Assembly: GCA_963823335.1 (NCBI GenBank)
Contig: CAWGLD010000004.1
Coordinates: 128,001 to 192,000 of the forward strand
Source of the DNA: an uncultured delta proteobacterium
Lineage (GTDB): Bacteria; Desulfobacterota; Desulfobacteria; Desulfobacterales; B30-G6
Direction: 5' to 3'
Length of the DNA stretch: 64,000 nucleotides
Part shown: in pieces, positions 59,982 to 64,000 of the stretch
How positions within the stretch are numbered: position 1 is the first letter of the stretch
Layout of the letters: every line of letters starts with the position of its first letter
Program-made: the position numbers and the translations under genes
The notes under the pieces: generated by a model
The model's database searches: none
Seen by the model: only the letters and a program-made list of their open reading frames with translations
What the model was told of the DNA's origin: nothing

Positions 59982-60029
59982 GGTTTTCCTCCTTGTACTT
60001 TTTAGCAGATGTTACCGATTTTACGCTCC

Positions 60030-60093
60030 GGTCTTTGGCATAATAAGAAAGAATGGCTCTACGTTTGCGAGTGACTTTTTGTTCGTTTGGCAT
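60030..60093 (-). pseudogene. Very short adenylate-cyclase N-terminal stub
   Basis: MPNEQKVTRKRRAILS with the same GAAGGTGATC RBS as the stub at 51122. Confidence 0.6.
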
Positions 60094-60201
60094 CGGATCA
60101 CCTTCAACAGTTGGAGTGAATAGAAGATGATATTTCTTGGAGAGGATCTTACAAATTGAAAAGGAGGTCAGGACAGGCACCAGTTCTTTTTTCAGTATCA
60201 C

Positions 60202-60318
60202 GTCAGCAGTGATTTAAGCGTGCTTTAAAATTTATATATGACATGCTAGAACAGGTCAAGAGATTTACTGTTTCCACGATGGTTGATATGGATATCTTGT
60301 CTGAAAATCAATTATCGG
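60202..60318 (+). repeat. ICR copy O (promoter part; TTGACC-N17-TATAAA on minus strand)
   Basis: atgacatg...ggtcaag...ctgtttcca.gatg.ttgat..ggatatcttgtc.gaaaa closely matches copy B. Confidence 0.85.
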
Positions 60319-60335
60319 TCAGGGTACAGACTGCC

Positions 60336-60800
60336 TTATTGCGTTGATGCTGATTTTGCTATGCTGGCCAGCGCTTTTTCTATTTTTGATATGACTTCTT
60401 CGCAACCGGCAATATTATGCCTTTTTTCTAAATATCTTGGATCGTTATACGATATCCACACATTAGCCCTATCATCTTCCCAAATTAATGCTTTTTGGGG
60501 TAAATCAATAGCAACACTTTGCCGACATTTCATAAGAGGGCTTCCCACCTTTGGATTCCCGAATATAATTAGTTCTGTATCTCGCAGTTCGATACCGACA
60601 TTGTCAGCACCTTCGGAATGCTTTATTCGATTGAATACAGTCATTCCATTCTCTTTCAAGATGCTCTCCATTCGATCCGCAGTTTCTTTTACATTAAAGG
60701 TGCTTTGGACATGAACCACTCCATCTGCTGCCACTACAGGAAGTGCAATGGATAATATCAACAGTGCAGCGAAAATTGATCTTTTCATTTTTTTCTCCAT
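60336..60800 (-). CDS. DUF302 domain exported protein
   Basis: G..VF..I.H, LIIFGNPKVG.PLM, IDLP.K.L.WED. Confidence 0.9.
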   Translation of the reverse strand: MEKKMKRSIFAALLILSIALPVVAADGVVHVQSTFNVKETADRMESILKENGMTVFNRIKHSEGADNVGIELRDTELIIFGNPKVGSPLMKCRQSVAIDLPQKALIWEDDRANVWISYNDPRYLEKRHNIAGCEEVISKIEKALASIAKSASTQ

Positions 60801-61039
60801 TCGTCAGTCTGAAGTTTGAGCTGTGCGGCGAGGGAACCGAGCCCGCTGAAGAAAAAGGTCATGTTGCCATTACTGATTATTCTGTGAATCCTTGTTCCCT
60901 CATATATTCACTTTTTTTAAAATGCGCCATTCCAGCAGACTTCAAAGTTTCCGAAACTTTCTTCCAGTCTACTCCGACACAATCTTGTTTAACGTCAATT
61001 TCCATTAAAGGCCTCGTTAGCGATTTCTATCTTCTGAGA

Positions 61040-61315
61040 CTATTGTTGGCCTTGTTCTTTTTTAAGGCTTTTGCTCAGTTTCTCCAGCGTATCGACGGTT
61101 TCACTGCGCATCCTGTCTATCTTTTTTGAGGTTTCTTGCTTCATAACCTCAATTGTGGTCTGCAGGTCCTTGATCCTATCTTTTAGATCCTCTTCCTTCC
61201 CGGTTGAATTATAAGCCATAAATGAAAGAATAAGTGCAATTACCGAAATGATAAGAGCAAGCGTTGCCCTGAAGCCTCCCTTTACTACTTTGGTCTCCTG
61301 CGTCATGGTTTGCAT
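61040..61315 (-). CDS. Small membrane-anchored coiled-coil protein
   Basis: AGGAGG RBS, one TM, charged helix. Confidence 0.65.
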   Translation of the reverse strand: MQTMTQETKVVKGGFRATLALIISVIALILSFMAYNSTGKEEDLKDRIKDLQTTIEVMKQETSKKIDRMRSETVDTLEKLSKSLKKEQGQQ

Positions 61316-61532
61316 ACCTCCTGGTATTTGTATTTTCTCGTCATATAAAATGGTTCAAATAGCTCGGGTCTTCATTGTTAATATCTCGAATTTTCTCTTT
61401 TTCTGAAATGCAACGATAACGACAGCAGATTTCAAATTCTAAATTGGTCCCCGGGGGTATCCCCGTGGTCCCATTAAAATACCCGTCTTCGCTTTTGGCT
61501 ACGCAGTGGTTATCACGTCCTGGCAGCAGCGT

Positions 61533-62042
61533 CTATATCGCTTCCATATCGATCTCGGCAAAATCGAACCAAAAACCACTCTGGGCAGCAAAGTCCAGTT
61601 CTGCTTGAACCAGTTGCAGATGGTCGTTTTCGATCTCAAGAAAACGGGCAAACATTCGTTGGCCATCATTTGAGAGTTCTGCCACAAGAGTCTCGTAAAA
61701 TTTGCTCGTTTCGATCTCCGCTTTGAGAGCCCGTTCCAGGATCTGCCGCTCCTTTTCCAGGGAAGTGCCGGAAAAGGTACCCCTGATCTTGTTCGCGTTG
61801 GCACATATGAGGTTGGCCGGGGGCAGTCGCGAAGGAAGCCCATCGAATCGAAGCACACCGTTATCCTGCCACGTTCTCAATTTGTCCTGGAGATAAGCCA
61901 CATGTCCCTGCTCTTCGTCGGCCAGCATGAGCAAGACTTTTTTTCCCCTTGCATCTTCCACTTCGTCGGCCGCCTGGGTGTAGACGGCAAGTATTTTATT
62001 TTCATATTCTATGGCCGTATTGATGGCTTCTTCGATTTTCAT
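61533..62042 (-). CDS. Rubrerythrin/ferritin-like protein
   Basis: AI..E, LA.EE..H, AL..E, FY, E..H di-iron motifs. Confidence 0.88.
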   Translation of the reverse strand: MKIEEAINTAIEYENKILAVYTQAADEVEDARGKKVLLMLADEEQGHVAYLQDKLRTWQDNGVLRFDGLPSRLPPANLICANANKIRGTFSGTSLEKERQILERALKAEIETSKFYETLVAELSNDGQRMFARFLEIENDHLQLVQAELDFAAQSGFWFDFAEIDMEAI

Positions 62043-62208
62043 TCTGCCTCCTTTGGGTTGTCTTCACCCTGGTGTTATAGAAGATTACCATTATTAACAG
62101 CTTGTTTTCATTCTTGGCAATACGAAAATAATATTAGGTCGTGATTTCGGTATGTTGTGTTGTCAGCTGGATATAAAGTTTAATCCTGGCAGGTTCGGAG
62201 AATGGAAT

Positions 62209-62781
62209 TCAAGCCTCGCTTTTCTTGTTTTTTCGATCTTGCAACCTGGCAATGAGTTTCTTTATTTTTCTTCTTATGAGCATGGCAAGTGTGAACAACA
62301 GGACAAAAAAGACAATATTGAAGATCGGGATATGTGTATAATCTCTATCAACCTGCTTTAAATCCAGCACATTGGGAAACGTTGAAAAAACAGTAAGCCG
62401 CCAACCATAGTACTTGACAAGTACCCACGGTTCGTCTTGATTTGTGGCAAATGCCTGCGCTTTGGCTGTAATATCGGCGCTGCGAAACTTAAAGTAAGGG
62501 GGCCATCCCCATCCGGTGTCCTGGTTTCTGAATACCATGGGTTTACCCTTGCGGGACACCGAGTTGATAAATCTGACATCCGTTGTTAGATGGGCTTCTT
62601 TCACCTCTTCTTGCGGCCCGGCCTCTTTATCCTTGACCTTTACAGTCTTGTCAATTCGTTTGGTATCCGTTCCGGATATTTGTACCACTGCCGTTCTGGG
62701 CAGATGATAGTGAAAAAATAACCCCAAAATGACAACCAGAATAATTCCGATGCTGATTTTAATTTTTTTACTTGTCTTCAT
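62209..62781 (-). CDS. DUF1523 family protein
   Basis: FHY.LP, DVRFI, FRN.DTGWGWPPYFKF, YGWR. Confidence 0.85.
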   Translation of the reverse strand: MKTSKKIKISIGIILVVILGLFFHYHLPRTAVVQISGTDTKRIDKTVKVKDKEAGPQEEVKEAHLTTDVRFINSVSRKGKPMVFRNQDTGWGWPPYFKFRSADITAKAQAFATNQDEPWVLVKYYGWRLTVFSTFPNVLDLKQVDRDYTHIPIFNIVFFVLLFTLAMLIRRKIKKLIARLQDRKNKKSEA

Positions 62782-62792
62782 GCTTGCTCTCT

Positions 62793-62897
62793 TTAATCTC
62801 TGCACGAAATGGGAATGACAATTTCATGCTTTTTTTGAAAATGAGCGTTCACCCTTTTTCCAATTGTACCTTTGCCGCCTATGATCAATAGCTTCAT
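62793..62897 (-). pseudogene. N-terminal stub of a short-chain dehydrogenase
   Basis: MKLLIIGGKGTIG...F...HE.. then stops after 34 aa. Confidence 0.65.
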
Positions 62898-63135
62898 TTT
62901 GTCTTCTTTCCTATATTGGAAAGAGCTGTTCTCTCTTGTCCTGCACTGTAAAGCCATATCGTATGCAGGATATTCATACCTATCAAAAAAAAACAGAAAA
63001 TACAAATAGATCAGAGCTCTTGTAATGACCTGATCTTTCAGGGAACCGATTGTCTCGGGACAAGCCTGCGACAAACAGATTATGGTTGCTCGCAAAAAGA
63101 AAATGGGCAGCAGAATACCAAAAATAAAATATATG

Positions 63136-63618
63136 TTAGTAAAGGATATCCATTTCTTCTCTGTGTCCGAATCCTGATGAATTATCGAGATAATATATCC
63201 TTAGCGGCTGAATTTTATAAAATTTCACATTCGATACCTTTTGCGCGATCCCTCTGCCCAGTTTATGCGGAGATGTCAGGAAATCGGCAACATTCGGAAA
63301 TTTCTTAACATACGCTTTAACGATTCGTGCATGTTTTAAAATGCCGCCGATACATTCAACCCGTCCTTCAAGTTGAATCCCCTTTATTTGAAGCCAATTT
63401 GAATAATCTTCATTGATGGTTCCAGAAACCATAGGGTTTTGGATCATATTTCCACCATGCCGGCTGGTTGGATTGCTTAAAAAATAAAGGTTGAATCCTA
63501 TGTTGACATAGAATACCGATGCAGCGTGCGGGATACCTCCCACCGCCGTTGCCAGCGATATCGTGTTGCACGATTCCAGATAGGAAGTAATTTTTTGTGC
63601 CAGTTGCTGGTCTTTCAT
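63136..63618 (-). CDS. Pyridoxamine 5'-phosphate oxidase-like FMN-binding protein
   Basis: SLAT, P.AA.VFY, SRH..N...NP.VSGTI, GIQL.G, DNS.GFG. Confidence 0.85.
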   Translation of the reverse strand: MKDQQLAQKITSYLESCNTISLATAVGGIPHAASVFYVNIGFNLYFLSNPTSRHGGNMIQNPMVSGTINEDYSNWLQIKGIQLEGRVECIGGILKHARIVKAYVKKFPNVADFLTSPHKLGRGIAQKVSNVKFYKIQPLRIYYLDNSSGFGHREEMDILY

Positions 63619-63805
63619 AACCATATTGTAACAAAATAGACCCAAAAAGTATTCTTTTTTTTCATGATTGGCATGCAGTCCCGAGGCGCCAATAGAAAAG
63701 ATGACAAAGCAAAAACGAGATGATATGCTGCGATGGGTGAAGAGTGATCGACCCGGGAACATTTCTTGAAACGGAACCGTTGCAATGGAGGGAAAAAGAA
63801 AGAAT

Positions 63806-64000
63806 ATGAGGGAGACAAGCAAATTGTTATTGATCATCCCTATGCTACTGTTGTGCACTATGGGGCTGTGGATTGCAGCCGAAACCGGACTGGCGGCTGC
63901 ACCCGGAGAACAAACACCTTTCCCGCGCAGTCTGGAAAGCTATGGTGATCGGGACATGACCGGTATCGTTGAGATTCTGTGGAACCGTGCCCGGAAAGAA
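63806..64000 (+). CDS. Membrane protein N-terminus (possibly putative Na+/H+ antiporter family), cut by window edge
   Basis: GGAGGG RBS, signal-like segment, FPRSLESY.D; open to base 64000. Confidence 0.45.
   Translation, partial: MRETSKLLLIIPMLLLCTMGLWIAAETGLAAAPGEQTPFPRSLESYGDRDMTGIVEILWNRARKE

Noticed and set aside
17170-60318. ICR as a CRISPR array
   Set aside because: Units are 170-300 bp, degenerate and separated by kilobases of genes; no cas genes are present
1-64000. tRNA, rRNA or riboswitch genes
   Set aside because: None recognised by eye; tRNAscan-SE and Rfam would be needed to exclude them

Overview
This is bacterial chromosomal DNA. The protein families and intergenic repeat style suggest Desulfobacterota/Desulfobacterales (inference). 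The window has two parts. (1) 1-15 kb looks like backbone: an ADP-forming acyl-CoA ligase, rlmD, a GldA/F/G-like ABC system with DUF4340, an MBL hydrolase, a Lon-like protease and a decayed formate-dehydrogenase membrane-subunit remnant. Its intergenic spaces hold 7/8-bp periodic repeat arrays, a four-helix-bundle gene relic and small IS200/IS605-type non-autonomous elements. (2) 15-63 kb is a patchwork of unrelated gene blocks with visibly different base composition: SDRs, a two-component/PP2C module, arsR-arsM, mscL, a full pstSCAB-phoU-phoBR operon, an aldo-keto reductase, a CoA-dehydratase activase, two acyl-CoA synthetases and others. The most striking signal is a degenerate ~300-bp non-coding element, called ICR (inter-cassette repeat) here, with about 15 full or partial copies between these blocks. 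It has a sharp conserved end (GATATCTACCGTTTTGTTGGAG), internal palindromes and inverted repeats, a CRP-like box and an outward sigma70-like promoter. Its orientation follows that of the neighbouring genes, and junctions are often marked by truncated gene stubs, two of them adenylate-cyclase starts. This looks like an integron-analogous but non-attC cassette array; the only recombinase seen is a C-terminal tyrosine-integrase fragment. No rRNA, tRNA or CRISPR array was recognised. All comparisons were made by eye, and repeat boundaries are approximate to a few bases.
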